IMG/VR virus record: IMGVR_UViG_3300044801_000107
Location: 1 to 26,902 of that record
Reading direction: 5' to 3' (one strand)
DNA from: a virus
Lineage: Duplodnaviria; Caudoviricetes
Length of the DNA: 26,902 nt
Shown here: in pieces, positions 8,645 through 17,108 of the stretch
Numbering within the stretch: position 1 is the first letter of the stretch
Layout: the number at the start of each line of letters is the position of its first letter
The notes under the pieces: model-generated
The model's database searches: none
Told to the model about the DNA's origin: nothing
What the model saw: only the letters and a program-made list of their open reading frames with translations
Translations under genes and position numbers: made by a program

Positions 8645-8829
8645 ATTACCTCCCATCGTCTCTTAAATTGCCCGCGCTCGATTTCACGCTCGAGTGCTGC
8701 GTCTTCCGCGAGCATTTCGTACATCTCTTCCTCGCACCAATCGCTACAACATCTATCGAGTGGTGTCTCGGGCGTAAACGAGGCTCCGCAGACGACGCAC
8801 TCGAATTCGACTACTGCCTCTATTCTCAT
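8641..8829 (-). CDS. Zn-finger microprotein
   Basis: CVVCG...CCSDWC. Confidence 0.65.
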   Translation of the reverse strand: MRIEAVVEFECVVCGASFTPETPLDRCCSDWCEEEMYEMLAEDAALEREIERGQFKRRWEVI

Positions 8830-8933
8830 TCTTCTATCTCTCCTTCGTCGAGCGCCTGCTCGCAGACTTTACACACACTAAAGCACTCAGCTTCAGTGGG
8901 TTCTCCGCAATATACACAGTTTACCATTATTAC

Positions 8934-9137
8934 TCACGCCGGTTCCTTATGAACGTTTAACACATACGCTCGCTTGCAGTCTACCTCTTCGTCGCTAACG
9001 GGCTCGTATTCCGGACACGCGATGCAGTTCGTAGGACACCACTCGTCGGATTCTGAACTAAATATCCACTCTTCACCCGTCGCGGGGCAATATTGCTCGG
9101 TGTGTATAACGAATCTTTCTTTACTTTCTATTGGCAT
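8934..9137 (-). CDS. Cys-rich hypothetical protein
   Basis: Likely start MPIESK after GGAGGT; five Cys residues. Confidence 0.6.
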   Translation of the reverse strand: MPIESKERFVIHTEQYCPATGEEWIFSSESDEWCPTNCIACPEYEPVSDEEVDCKRAYVLNVHKEPA

Positions 9138-9276
9138 GATGTTACCTCCACGCGCCGCACCTCGAGAACGTACTGATAGCAAAAGACGCAGTATGTTCCT
9201 TCATTACCGGAAAATACGCGTTCTGTTGCGCCACATAGCTCACATTTTCGGTCTAGAGTGTGCGTAGAAATCATAA

Positions 9277-9498
9277 TTACTCACACTCCATCTTTCGTAG
9301 CTGGCTCCCTATTCGCGCTATGGCGTGTTCTAGAATAGCCTCGACTTCGCGACTGTGATTATAGTTACCGCTCGTAAACGGGATTGAATTATTAATCAGC
9401 TCGTGAAGCTCTTCCATCTTAAGAAGCATATCGTCTCGGATTTCCGAGACGAGCATCTTTGATTGCCGAATCGCTTCTTGTGGTTCGTATTGAGTCAT
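9277..9498 (-). CDS. Hypothetical protein
   Basis: GAGGTG RBS. Confidence 0.7.
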   Translation of the reverse strand: MTQYEPQEAIRQSKMLVSEIRDDMLLKMEELHELINNSIPFTSGNYNHSREVEAILEHAIARIGSQLRKMECE

Positions 9499-9500
9499 AA

Positions 9501-9773
9501 TTAAAGCACCTCGCTCTCGAAGTCTTCTACGCGCTCTTTTCGGTATTCTCTCTCGCTAAGCGCGGATTCTACCTCTTGACGTGCGTTCTCGATTTCGAAA
9601 AGAAGCTCTTTTATAGTCTCGACGTCGCCGAGGTCGATAGTATCGGACACTTCGTTAGCGACTTCGCGCAGCTTAGTAACTGCGATTATGTATTCCTCTT
9701 CGGCCACTTCGACGTTGCACGCGAGTTCATCGCGGATTTCTTCGATTTCTGTTTTTTGTAGAGTTTCGAGCAT
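9501..9773 (-). CDS. Acidic coiled-coil protein
   Basis: GAGGTGA RBS at 9780-9786. Confidence 0.75.
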   Translation of the reverse strand: MLETLQKTEIEEIRDELACNVEVAEEEYIIAVTKLREVANEVSDTIDLGDVETIKELLFEIENARQEVESALSEREYRKERVEDFESEVL

Positions 9774-9967
9774 TATTTGTCACCTCGTAGTTTACTACAC
9801 ACATACATAGCACACGTATCATATAAATACCTTTGAGTTTCGAAATAATTAGCTAGTCGCGTTTGAAACCAAATTAACATATGTAAATCGAACCTCGGAA
9901 AAAGGAGACTATTTCGATAGTTAGAATAGCTCGCTAGATAGCCAAAAAAAAGAGGCGTTAGCCTCAT
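9773..9967 (-). CDS. Hypothetical protein
   Basis: Translationally coupled at both ends. Confidence 0.5.
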   Translation of the reverse strand: MRLTPLFFGYLASYSNYRNSLLFPRFDLHMLIWFQTRLANYFETQRYLYDTCAMYVCSKLRGDK

Positions 9968-10614
9968 TTTATAACTTCATCTAAGAAACTAACCACTTTC
10001 TCCGGTAGCCGGTTCGTTAGTTTGTTTACATAGAGCATAAACGACTCAGCGAACCCTTCTTGATAGTTCTTCATCGCGTATCTGCTCACGAAGCATACGT
10101 TGTCTTTGAAGTTTCGCTTCCAGATTTGTATCCACTCGTCTTTCTCATAGACGCTCATCTTGTGGCAGTGCCATATAATGTGTGCCATTTCGTGGTCAAC
10201 GATACCCGAGACGATACGCTCTTTGGGTAACCACCCTTCGGCGTTATAGGGCATCCCGCGTTGTTCTATGTCTTGTTTTAGTTTGGTGTCGTGTTTCTCA
10301 ACGAACTTCTCCGTGAGTTCTTTGTTTATTAAGAGATAAGGCGTATAGCCGTCTTCGCAGCAACCCGCTTTCATAAAGTAGGCGTGTCCGTATTCGACGC
10401 TCGCGCATCGACTTTGCCGTATGCTAGTTTTACGCCTACGTGGAATACATCGATATTGACTTGTGTAATACGCCGCTAATCGCTGCGCGACTTTATTTGC
10501 GGGGTACACTTCGATGTTAGTTAGGCGCGAGTCTGCTATGCTGTGTTTTAACAAGAAGCGGTTTATTTCTTTGAGGGTTTTAAAGCCTTTTTTAGGATAG
10601 CCTTTTGCTTTCAT
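9964..10614 (-). CDS. Zincin-like metallopeptidase domain protein
   Basis: HEMAH plus VSRYAMKNYQEGFAESF (third-ligand Glu motif); GAGGTGA RBS at 10621-10627. Confidence 0.8.
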   Translation of the reverse strand: MKAKGYPKKGFKTLKEINRFLLKHSIADSRLTNIEVYPANKVAQRLAAYYTSQYRCIPRRRKTSIRQSRCASVEYGHAYFMKAGCCEDGYTPYLLINKELTEKFVEKHDTKLKQDIEQRGMPYNAEGWLPKERIVSGIVDHEMAHIIWHCHKMSVYEKDEWIQIWKRNFKDNVCFVSRYAMKNYQEGFAESFMLYVNKLTNRLPEKVVSFLDEVIK

Positions 10615-10690
10615 AGATTCTCACCTCGTAGATAATCCCAACGCACTTTCGCGCGCTGCCTTTACCTACGCTACTACTACGACGTTTCGC

Positions 10691-10703
10691 TATTTAAGCT
10701 TTC
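10691..10703 (-). promoter_or_regulatory. Archaeal BRE-TATA promoter
   Basis: GAAAGCTTAAATA upstream of the zincin operon. Confidence 0.7.
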
Positions 10704-10738
10704 AAGTTAATCGGAAGGCTAGACGCGCTTCGTTACAT

Positions 10739-10750
10739 AAAAAAAGTAGT
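10739..10750 (-). terminator. Oligo-T terminator
   Basis: ACTACTTTTTTT, same motif as at 3979-3989. Confidence 0.5.
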
Positions 10751-10772
10751 TTTTAGCGTCTAAAGAGTATTT

Positions 10773-10784
10773 AAAGCTTATATA
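10773..10784 (+). promoter_or_regulatory. Divergent archaeal BRE-TATA promoter
   Basis: AAAGCTTATATA, near-identical to the - strand promoter 70 nt away. Confidence 0.55.
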
Positions 10785-10879
10785 CGACGAGCCCGAAAAA
10801 CAGTGTTTCTCTATGTTCTATGTGCGAAACTAATACTATGCTATACGACTTCTCTATCTACGGAGAGTGAAAAAGAAAA

Positions 10880-10996
10880 ATGGAGTATATCATCTTACCC
10901 AACGAATCATATAAGTGGGAATTTATCATAGCTGAAGCTGAAGAAAAGCTAAGAAAGAAAAATAATAATAACGAAAGTGCGCTCGGGGGGCTATAG
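10880..10996 (+). CDS. Possible 38-aa peptide
   Basis: MEYIILPNESYKWEFIIAEAEEKLRKK...; downstream of the + strand TATA. Confidence 0.4.
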   Translation: MEYIILPNESYKWEFIIAEAEEKLRKKNNNNESALGGL

Positions 10997-11452
10997 ATTA
11001 TCTATAAAAGTACGTAGTTCTTCGGTGTACGCAAACCATTCACCGCGAATTAAATCTTCTTTAAATTTCTCTTGAGTCTCTAGTTCATTTAAATTACGTG
11101 TAAATTTTAGTAAGACTAACTCATAAGGACAACCAACCTGTAACTCCACAACCCTTTTCTGTGCGGCCTTTATATTGCCTACAACCTTTCCAATTTTTAC
11201 ATAATCTGGATTTCCACCATTTCTACATAATATAAAATAAGTACCTTTATCTCTATTTCTAGCTTCGTTCGCTTTATACTCTTCTCTAGTTATGCGGTCA
11301 AATGGTTTAACTTTAAATGCTACTCGCATACATCCACAAGTAGGACAATGTGCATGCGCTTCAAACGGCTCTATCATAAAGGAGCTATCGCATTTCTTAC
11401 AACGAACGTACATTCTATTCTTTCGCGCTTGATATGCGCTTCTTTTTACCAT
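10991..11452 (-). CDS. Zn-ribbon plus T5orf172/GIY-YIG-like domain protein
   Basis: CKKC..CPTC; TYFI...YVKIG...KRVVELQVGCPYEL...IRGEWF. Confidence 0.85.
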   Translation of the reverse strand: MVKRSAYQARKNRMYVRCKKCDSSFMIEPFEAHAHCPTCGCMRVAFKVKPFDRITREEYKANEARNRDKGTYFILCRNGGNPDYVKIGKVVGNIKAAQKRVVELQVGCPYELVLLKFTRNLNELETQEKFKEDLIRGEWFAYTEELRTFIDNL

Positions 11453-11629
11453 CTTCTATTTAACTATCGTAATTTCTTATATATTTATCTAGCTATAGTT
11501 ATCTCTATGGCCCTAATCGAGACGATACTCGTAGGGTTATAGATACGCGCTATAAAAGAAGAGCTATAAGAGCTTTAATCGCTAAAAACGCAACTCTTGT
11601 AGCCGTATTTCGAGTGTGTTTAGCCACCC

Positions 11630-12127
11630 TCACGTCTCGAAGCACGTTTCTAGACATGCATCTAGATTAAAGACGCCTTTAACCTTCATGTACTGCGGCC
11701 ACACGCGAACTTCTTCGTATTCGATGGCCTTAGCGCCACTTTCATATATCTTTGCTACTTCGCGCCACGGTACAAAACGAACATCAGTCTTTGCGATTTT
11801 TCTATTCGTATCATCGCGTAACTCTATTGCACAAATTCCTTTTCTACCGCTCTTCGAGAGAAAGTCGTTTATGCGGGTCACTTGATGAACGCCCTTTGAG
11901 TCCGTGGTGAAGTGACTTCTAAAATAAATTTTATTCTGCGAAGGTACTAAAACGCTTTTACATTCTATTCCTAAGTAATACTCTTCGCCGTCTACGAGAA
12001 CATCAATATTTTGATACCCGTAGCTTCCCTGTTGTGGTCGAAGCCTATATGCAATAGCTTTCGTCTTCGTCGCGTCGAAGAATTCATTTAACTGCTTAAC
12101 TAGCTTCGGCTCGAATCGTTGTTTCAT
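11630..12127 (-). CDS. PD-(D/E)xK nuclease, archaeal Holliday junction resolvase-like
   Basis: FE..LV at N-terminus, IDVLVD, LGIECKS; HQV.RI..FL.KSGR.G..AIELR. Confidence 0.75.
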   Translation of the reverse strand: MKQRFEPKLVKQLNEFFDATKTKAIAYRLRPQQGSYGYQNIDVLVDGEEYYLGIECKSVLVPSQNKIYFRSHFTTDSKGVHQVTRINDFLSKSGRKGICAIELRDDTNRKIAKTDVRFVPWREVAKIYESGAKAIEYEEVRVWPQYMKVKGVFNLDACLETCFET

Positions 12128-12136
12128 TTTTACTTA

Positions 12137-12364
12137 TCATTTATAAAACTGTGGTTTCTTTGGGTTCCACACGTAATGAATATCATGGTCGCCTTCGTGA
12201 GTTTTTCTATGGTCAAACCTGTTTACGATTATCTCCCACGGAATTCCCGTTTCGAAGGCGGTGCATTTAAAATTCCCGTCCTGTGGTCGAAAGTTAAGGC
12301 ACGAGAGACACTGAGAAATTAGTGTAAACTCGTCCGAGAACCTAGCCATATTTTCTTTCGCCAT
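12137..12364 (-). CDS. Small Cys/His protein, candidate immunity protein for MuF-ART
   Basis: CLSCLNF...CTAFETGIPWEI...DH....GD; TAATG-coupled to the MuF stop. Confidence 0.65.
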   Translation of the reverse strand: MAKENMARFSDEFTLISQCLSCLNFRPQDGNFKCTAFETGIPWEIIVNRFDHRKTHEGDHDIHYVWNPKKPQFYK

Positions 12365-14208
12365 TAGCTATTCATCCTTATTGTTAGGTACACTCTCGTT
12401 GGAGTTCCTGTTACTGTTGTTCGTTGAATCTCTTTCTCGACGACTGTGCCGGTCATCTGATGTGGTATAACCACTTCTTGCTCGCCCGGCATTTCTGATA
12501 CGTCGGCAATAGGCGCACCGGTAGCGTTTTGTATCTCCATAAATATCTGATACGTACTTCTCTGCGAGAACGCGTCCGCGATGTCTTCGCTTATAGATGT
12601 AGAGGTTAATCCGTTAAAAGGTACGATGTCGCCCGGCTCGAGACCTGCAAACGCCGTCATTCGTCCGAGGCTGCTCGAACCAATGCCCCGATAGACCGTT
12701 CCGGTGTATTTCGGTGCTTGGTCAATAATCATTCGCATATCTCTCGTCTGTTCGACAACTAAATCTCTCATACCTTCGCTCATCTCTTCTAGATATTCGC
12801 CGTCCTCGCGTATGAGTCCGTTTATATCTTCGTATCCTTCTTGAGTGAAAAGAGAGATAAGGTTTTGATTATCGGGGTCTAGTTGGTCATAAAACTTATC
12901 AAACGCTTCGAGCGCAGATTTATAGTCATCTAAGCCACCACCAATAACGCCGGTGCTCGGGTCATTCGCTATCGCTGCGGCGGTTTCTTCTATCGCTGTA
13001 GGTGCTTCGGCTTCTGGTTTTAGTATGTTATCCATCTGCGACGATAAGAAGGATTGTTGTTCATCAGTGAGTGGCCCCGTTCCTTCCGCTAGTTGGTCGA
13101 ATAGACCGCTTAATTGAGATGTCTGGTCGTCAGTGAGTCCCGTAAGCGCTGAAACGCCTTCGTCACCTTCGGCTGCTTGTGCGCCTTCTCCGCTTTCTTC
13201 GGTTGTTGGTGAGGTTTCTTCTGTACTCGCGGGTTCGTAACCTATACTACACATGCAATTAATAACGTTCTCGGCCGAGCCGCTCGGGTCGCCGGGATAA
13301 TCGAGGTCTTCGCCGTCTACTTCGAAAGGTTCATCTTGCGGGATTCCGCTACCACTACCGTAATCCGAGTCAGCGTCCATATGCGCGTCTCGAGAGTTAA
13401 CAAAAGAACATATCCATATTTTATTTAAATCCGAAGCCGATGCTTGCGCGGTCACGAGTGAGGCATAATTAGATGCCGCTGCGGTCTCCGTTCGCGCGAT
13501 TGTTTCGCCTCTACCGGCCCACGTCTCGCCTAATTGGTCTTCTACCGCTTTACCTATATCGATGTGACTATCGCCGTTCGCTAAACCGTCGGCTATGGTG
13601 TTCTTAATGCCGTCCCACGTTGTGTCGGCAACACCACTAAGACGATTATCCGCTTGGTCTTTAAGATAATCATTAACCGTACTCGCCCATGTATCATTAA
13701 TAGCGCTCACGTCTTTCCACTCGACGGGGCCGAGCCACGTCTTTAAGACAAATTCCGGTTCTGGTTCGAAGAAGTTAAACTCCGGTAGTGGTGCGTCTTC
13801 ATCGTCGGGATACTTCATTTCCGTTATAGGGTCGTCGTCGTAGTAGTTTAATCCAAATTCTGCGAAATCTAAATCTCGCTCGTACGCTACGGCACCCTTT
13901 CCCGTAAAAAAAGCTTGGTGTAGAGTTATGCTTTCCTTACCGACCTGTAACCATATTTGTTTAATAGCGTCTTCCCAAATCTGCGGTGCGACTTCGCGGT
14001 AGTGATTTTGTAACTCTTGTTGAATGTGGCTTATGTCCATATGTGACGCGAAAATTGAGCGAACGTAGCCCGTATCTTTCTGTATTGCGTTATTTATTAT
14101 GTTTCTCGCTAGCCGTAACTGAACGAGTTTAAAGTTTCTAAGAAGAGTTCCTAGCTGCTGATGTCGGTTCTCTTGTTCGGGTGTTCGCTTAGCGCTTTTC
14201 GGAGGCAT
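12364..14208 (-). CDS. MuF/SPP1-gp7-like minor head protein fused to a C-terminal ADP-ribosyltransferase
   Basis: MuF: IARTE...K.W...R.AH...F.V.GE.L.YPGDP.GSAENVINCMC. ART: GYEDINGLIR, VYRG, TSTS, EQEV. Confidence 0.92.
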   Translation of the reverse strand: MPPKSAKRTPEQENRHQQLGTLLRNFKLVQLRLARNIINNAIQKDTGYVRSIFASHMDISHIQQELQNHYREVAPQIWEDAIKQIWLQVGKESITLHQAFFTGKGAVAYERDLDFAEFGLNYYDDDPITEMKYPDDEDAPLPEFNFFEPEPEFVLKTWLGPVEWKDVSAINDTWASTVNDYLKDQADNRLSGVADTTWDGIKNTIADGLANGDSHIDIGKAVEDQLGETWAGRGETIARTETAAASNYASLVTAQASASDLNKIWICSFVNSRDAHMDADSDYGSGSGIPQDEPFEVDGEDLDYPGDPSGSAENVINCMCSIGYEPASTEETSPTTEESGEGAQAAEGDEGVSALTGLTDDQTSQLSGLFDQLAEGTGPLTDEQQSFLSSQMDNILKPEAEAPTAIEETAAAIANDPSTGVIGGGLDDYKSALEAFDKFYDQLDPDNQNLISLFTQEGYEDINGLIREDGEYLEEMSEGMRDLVVEQTRDMRMIIDQAPKYTGTVYRGIGSSSLGRMTAFAGLEPGDIVPFNGLTSTSISEDIADAFSQRSTYQIFMEIQNATGAPIADVSEMPGEQEVVIPHQMTGTVVEKEIQRTTVTGTPTRVYLTIRMNS

Positions 14209-14389
14209 CTTTTATTTTATCGTAAGCTTCTTTGTTAAACTGACAAACGGCCTTTAGACGCCTTCTACCGTTCTCGTCAGTTTCGTACCACATAGAAATT
14301 ACTTCGCCTATCTTCTCGCCAAAGTTAAACGTTACCGGAAGAGGCAGCGTAAAGGTAAACTCGCAGTCGTCGGCTATTTCATCGCACAT
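14189..14389 (-). CDS. Hypothetical protein
   Basis: 66 aa ORF in operon. Confidence 0.55.
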   Translation of the reverse strand: MCDEIADDCEFTFTLPLPVTFNFGEKIGEVISMWYETDENGRRRLKAVCQFNKEAYDKIKDASEKR

Positions 14390-14542
14390 TTAAAGCCAAT
14401 CACTCATACTATAATCCGAGCGCTGATAACATACGTCGTGGCTATACGGATGCCATAGAATCTCACAATACGTTTGAAAGTAATTCTTTCGGGGGGCGAA
14501 TAATCTATAATGGTGACAACTACCACAGATTAATTCACTCAT

Positions 14543-14761
14543 TTAGATAACGTGCCATAGCGCTTGACTCATCATCCCAACTAGAAACGTAATAGCTAGA
14601 ATAACAAAGAACGCGAGATATGTTTTCCACGTATTATTATTCTCACCATTAGAAACCGTTATCATAAAGCTAGGCTGGATAAATCCGTCTCGTACAATAG
14701 AAGGTGCGTCTTTCGGTATGTCGCTTCCGTCTACCGGTTTGATAGGTATATCATCATTCAT
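14543..14761 (-). CDS. Small membrane protein
   Basis: C-terminal TM segment. Confidence 0.65.
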   Translation of the reverse strand: MNDDIPIKPVDGSDIPKDAPSIVRDGFIQPSFMITVSNGENNNTWKTYLAFFVILAITFLVGMMSQALWHVI

Positions 14762-14994
14762 TTTTTATTACCGTTTACTCTCTTTCGTCTTTTCTTTACA
14801 ACTATCTCTTCTATTAGTTCCGTATTAGTAGCCATATCCTTTAACTCGGGATTCGATTCGTGTTCGATAATCGGTAAAAAATTATTATGTTCGCAGAAGG
14901 TACAAAATAAATAAAGCTGGCCGGTTTCTCTTTCAACCGCTGGTTCTATGAAGATTGGCCGGCCGCATTTTTCACATTTAGATGTCTCTCGCAT
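14758..14994 (-). CDS. Zn-ribbon protein
   Basis: CEKC...CTFC; basic tail. Confidence 0.7.
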   Translation of the reverse strand: MRETSKCEKCGRPIFIEPAVERETGQLYLFCTFCEHNNFLPIIEHESNPELKDMATNTELIEEIVVKKRRKRVNGNKK

Positions 14995-15000
14995 CTCGAT

Positions 15001-16284
15001 TTAATTCGTTTGACCACCTAGACTTGTCCACGAACTAACTCCACCGTTTGCCGTATTTAGCGTGACATACCAGATTGCCTTATCGCTACCTCGTACTTCG
15101 ATGGTTATTACGCCGTTATTATTCGCCGCTGCGGGTGAGGCCGTAAGTATCCCACCAAGTGACGCCCATTTCTTTGTAAGGGTTCTATACCATAGCGCTT
15201 TATCGCTTCCGCGAACAAACGCATAGACGTCATTACCGACCGCGCACGCGGCTACTCCAGATGTAAGGATTCCGCCAAGAGACGTCCAGATGTTATACGT
15301 TCCAGTATTATACCAGAGGGCGTTATCTGTACCTCTAACAAAGGCATATGTTGTTCCGTTAGCTATACACGTCGCAGGGGTAGAGCCGTCTGCGGTTACA
15401 GGGGGTGTTGGATTTGGTGTCACAGGAAAATCACTTTGGTTTATATTAGCTATCACATCACCAAACGCGTCGTTAGTATTCGTGATGTACGTATTACTCA
15501 TACAGAAATAACCCCCATTACTACCATTTGACGGGGTCATATCCTTTTGACAACCGAATGAGTAGTCCCACGAATTCTTCGAGAGAAACGCGCCTACACT
15601 TCCGTCGTCATTCTTAAAGTTATCGTCCCAACCGATAAACGCAGTAGAATGACCGCCTATCGGATTACCGGACGGCATAGGTAGTCTACCGTCTTCGCCT
15701 ACTTCCTCAATTCCTCCGTAACAGGTAAAACCAGCCTGTGCGGGATAAAGGTTATAGATTGCCGCTTTCATGTTAGCAATCGTAGTATTTTCGTCGGTAG
15801 CGTCGAGTCGTGTCGCTTGAGTGGTAACGTCTTTTTTAGCTGCGGCGAGTATCGCTGCGGATGGCGGAACGTCGAAATTAGCAGGCGTAAATCCAGTAGG
15901 ATTCGCGGATAGCGGGGCCATACCATAGGTTTCACCTACATAAAACGCGCTTGATATAGTAGAGCCTACGTCATCGTCGCCGTTTCCGGTAAGCGACCCG
16001 TCATGCTCTCTTTCTAGATAATACTGCGTTAGAACGTCACCATCAAACTCAATGCCCGGTGCAACGGTGTATGTTCTTAACTTATTCACGCCATCGAACG
16101 CTTCCGCGGTACAACAGCCTAATCCGTCTTGATTGTTAACTTTCGTGCCGTCTGGTATGATAAACTTCGACGGTAGTGCGGCTATCTGCGTAGGGTGCAT
16201 GAGCAGCCGCGCGTCCGCGTGTGGCGGGTCGCGTATGTACCCTAGCTTAAATCCTTGTTTAGTTACGTAAAGTTCTTTTGCCAT
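15001..16284 (-). CDS. Papain-like (C1-type) cysteine peptidase with C-terminal lectin-like beta-propeller repeats
   Basis: NQDGLGCCTA (Q and C), GGHS (H), KNSW (N); PVTPNPTPP linker; three VRG(T/S)D.A(L/I)WY...W.SLGG repeats. Confidence 0.88.
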   Translation of the reverse strand: MAKELYVTKQGFKLGYIRDPPHADARLLMHPTQIAALPSKFIIPDGTKVNNQDGLGCCTAEAFDGVNKLRTYTVAPGIEFDGDVLTQYYLEREHDGSLTGNGDDDVGSTISSAFYVGETYGMAPLSANPTGFTPANFDVPPSAAILAAAKKDVTTQATRLDATDENTTIANMKAAIYNLYPAQAGFTCYGGIEEVGEDGRLPMPSGNPIGGHSTAFIGWDDNFKNDDGSVGAFLSKNSWDYSFGCQKDMTPSNGSNGGYFCMSNTYITNTNDAFGDVIANINQSDFPVTPNPTPPVTADGSTPATCIANGTTYAFVRGTDNALWYNTGTYNIWTSLGGILTSGVAACAVGNDVYAFVRGSDKALWYRTLTKKWASLGGILTASPAAANNNGVITIEVRGSDKAIWYVTLNTANGGVSSWTSLGGQTN

Positions 16285-16298
16285 TTTAATACCTTAAA

Positions 16299-16424
16299 TT
16301 ATTTTCTCTTATAGTATTTCGCCGCACCAGAATTAACAAACTTATCGGCGAGCGTATCTTCGAACGTTGCTATCTCGCCAATTCGGTACGGTGGTACTGA
16401 CTGTAGAAATTCTATTTCTTTCAT
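16299..16424 (-). CDS. 41-aa protein resembling small phage head-region proteins
   Basis: Own translation MKEIEFLQSVPPYRIGEIATFEDTLADKFVNSGAAKYY; AGGAG RBS. Confidence 0.55.
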   Translation of the reverse strand: MKEIEFLQSVPPYRIGEIATFEDTLADKFVNSGAAKYYKRK

Positions 16425-16425
16425 T

Positions 16426-16767
16426 TTATACTCCTTCTTTTAATCGCGGCTTAGGTCGCGCGCGTATCTTTTCTTTATATATCTGTACATCTTCGACCAC
16501 ATTCGGATTATAACTTTTAAAACTCATTAGATGCCCGAAGAGAAGATGATGCTCAAAACAAAGGGTTATTAAATTCGATTCTTCTAGCTCTAAACTCGGG
16601 AAAAGATGAAACGGTTTTTTGTGATGCACTTCGGGGTACTTCGTGCTACATACCTCACATAACGGATGTAGCTTTAGAAACCTTCTTTGAAGCTTATCCC
16701 ATTCGCGATTTCGCGTAAATGTGGCTAATGCTAATTTTTCTTTTCGAATCTCTCTAGAATCGCTCAT
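16426..16767 (-). CDS. HNH endonuclease (HK97 gp74-like), copy 1
   Basis: W..L...FL..HPLCEVC...EVHHK.P......NLITLC..HH. Confidence 0.88.
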   Translation of the reverse strand: MSDSREIRKEKLALATFTRNREWDKLQRRFLKLHPLCEVCSTKYPEVHHKKPFHLFPSLELEESNLITLCFEHHLLFGHLMSFKSYNPNVVEDVQIYKEKIRARPKPRLKEGV

Positions 16768-17108
16768 TTATTGTAGGGCCGACTTTGAATCTTCATCCAA
16801 TACTGTTTCGCGTCTAACACTACGTTTACGTTATACGCTCGCCAGTTCATTAGATGCCCGAATAGAAGATGATGGTCCGAGGTAGTTTCGCATAGCGTTA
16901 TTAGATTCGTTGGCTCTAGTTCTAGATTAGGCCAAAGATGAAACGGATATTTATGGTGTGCTTGTAGTTTCTTTCGTTCACCACATACGGCGCACGTAGG
17001 GTTTTCTTTTATGAACGCCTCTCTAATCTCGGGCCATTTAGGGCTTCGACTCTCGCCGGACTTTACTTTGCCGGTGAGGCGGTCTTTTAGATATGTATTT
17101 CCTAACAT
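16764..17108 (-). CDS. HNH endonuclease (HK97 gp74-like), copy 2
   Basis: RSPKW..IR..F...NPTCAVCG...AHHK.P......NLITLC. Confidence 0.88.
   Translation of the reverse strand: MLGNTYLKDRLTGKVKSGESRSPKWPEIREAFIKENPTCAVCGERKKLQAHHKYPFHLWPNLELEPTNLITLCETTSDHHLLFGHLMNWRAYNVNVVLDAKQYWMKIQSRPYNK

Noticed and set aside
8545-9267. + strand ORFs such as 8545-8952, 8552-8881 and 8974-9267 (likewise 22379-22783, 23285-23623, 25454-25648)
   Set aside because: Antisense to - strand genes that have RBSs and translational coupling; no recognisable motifs.
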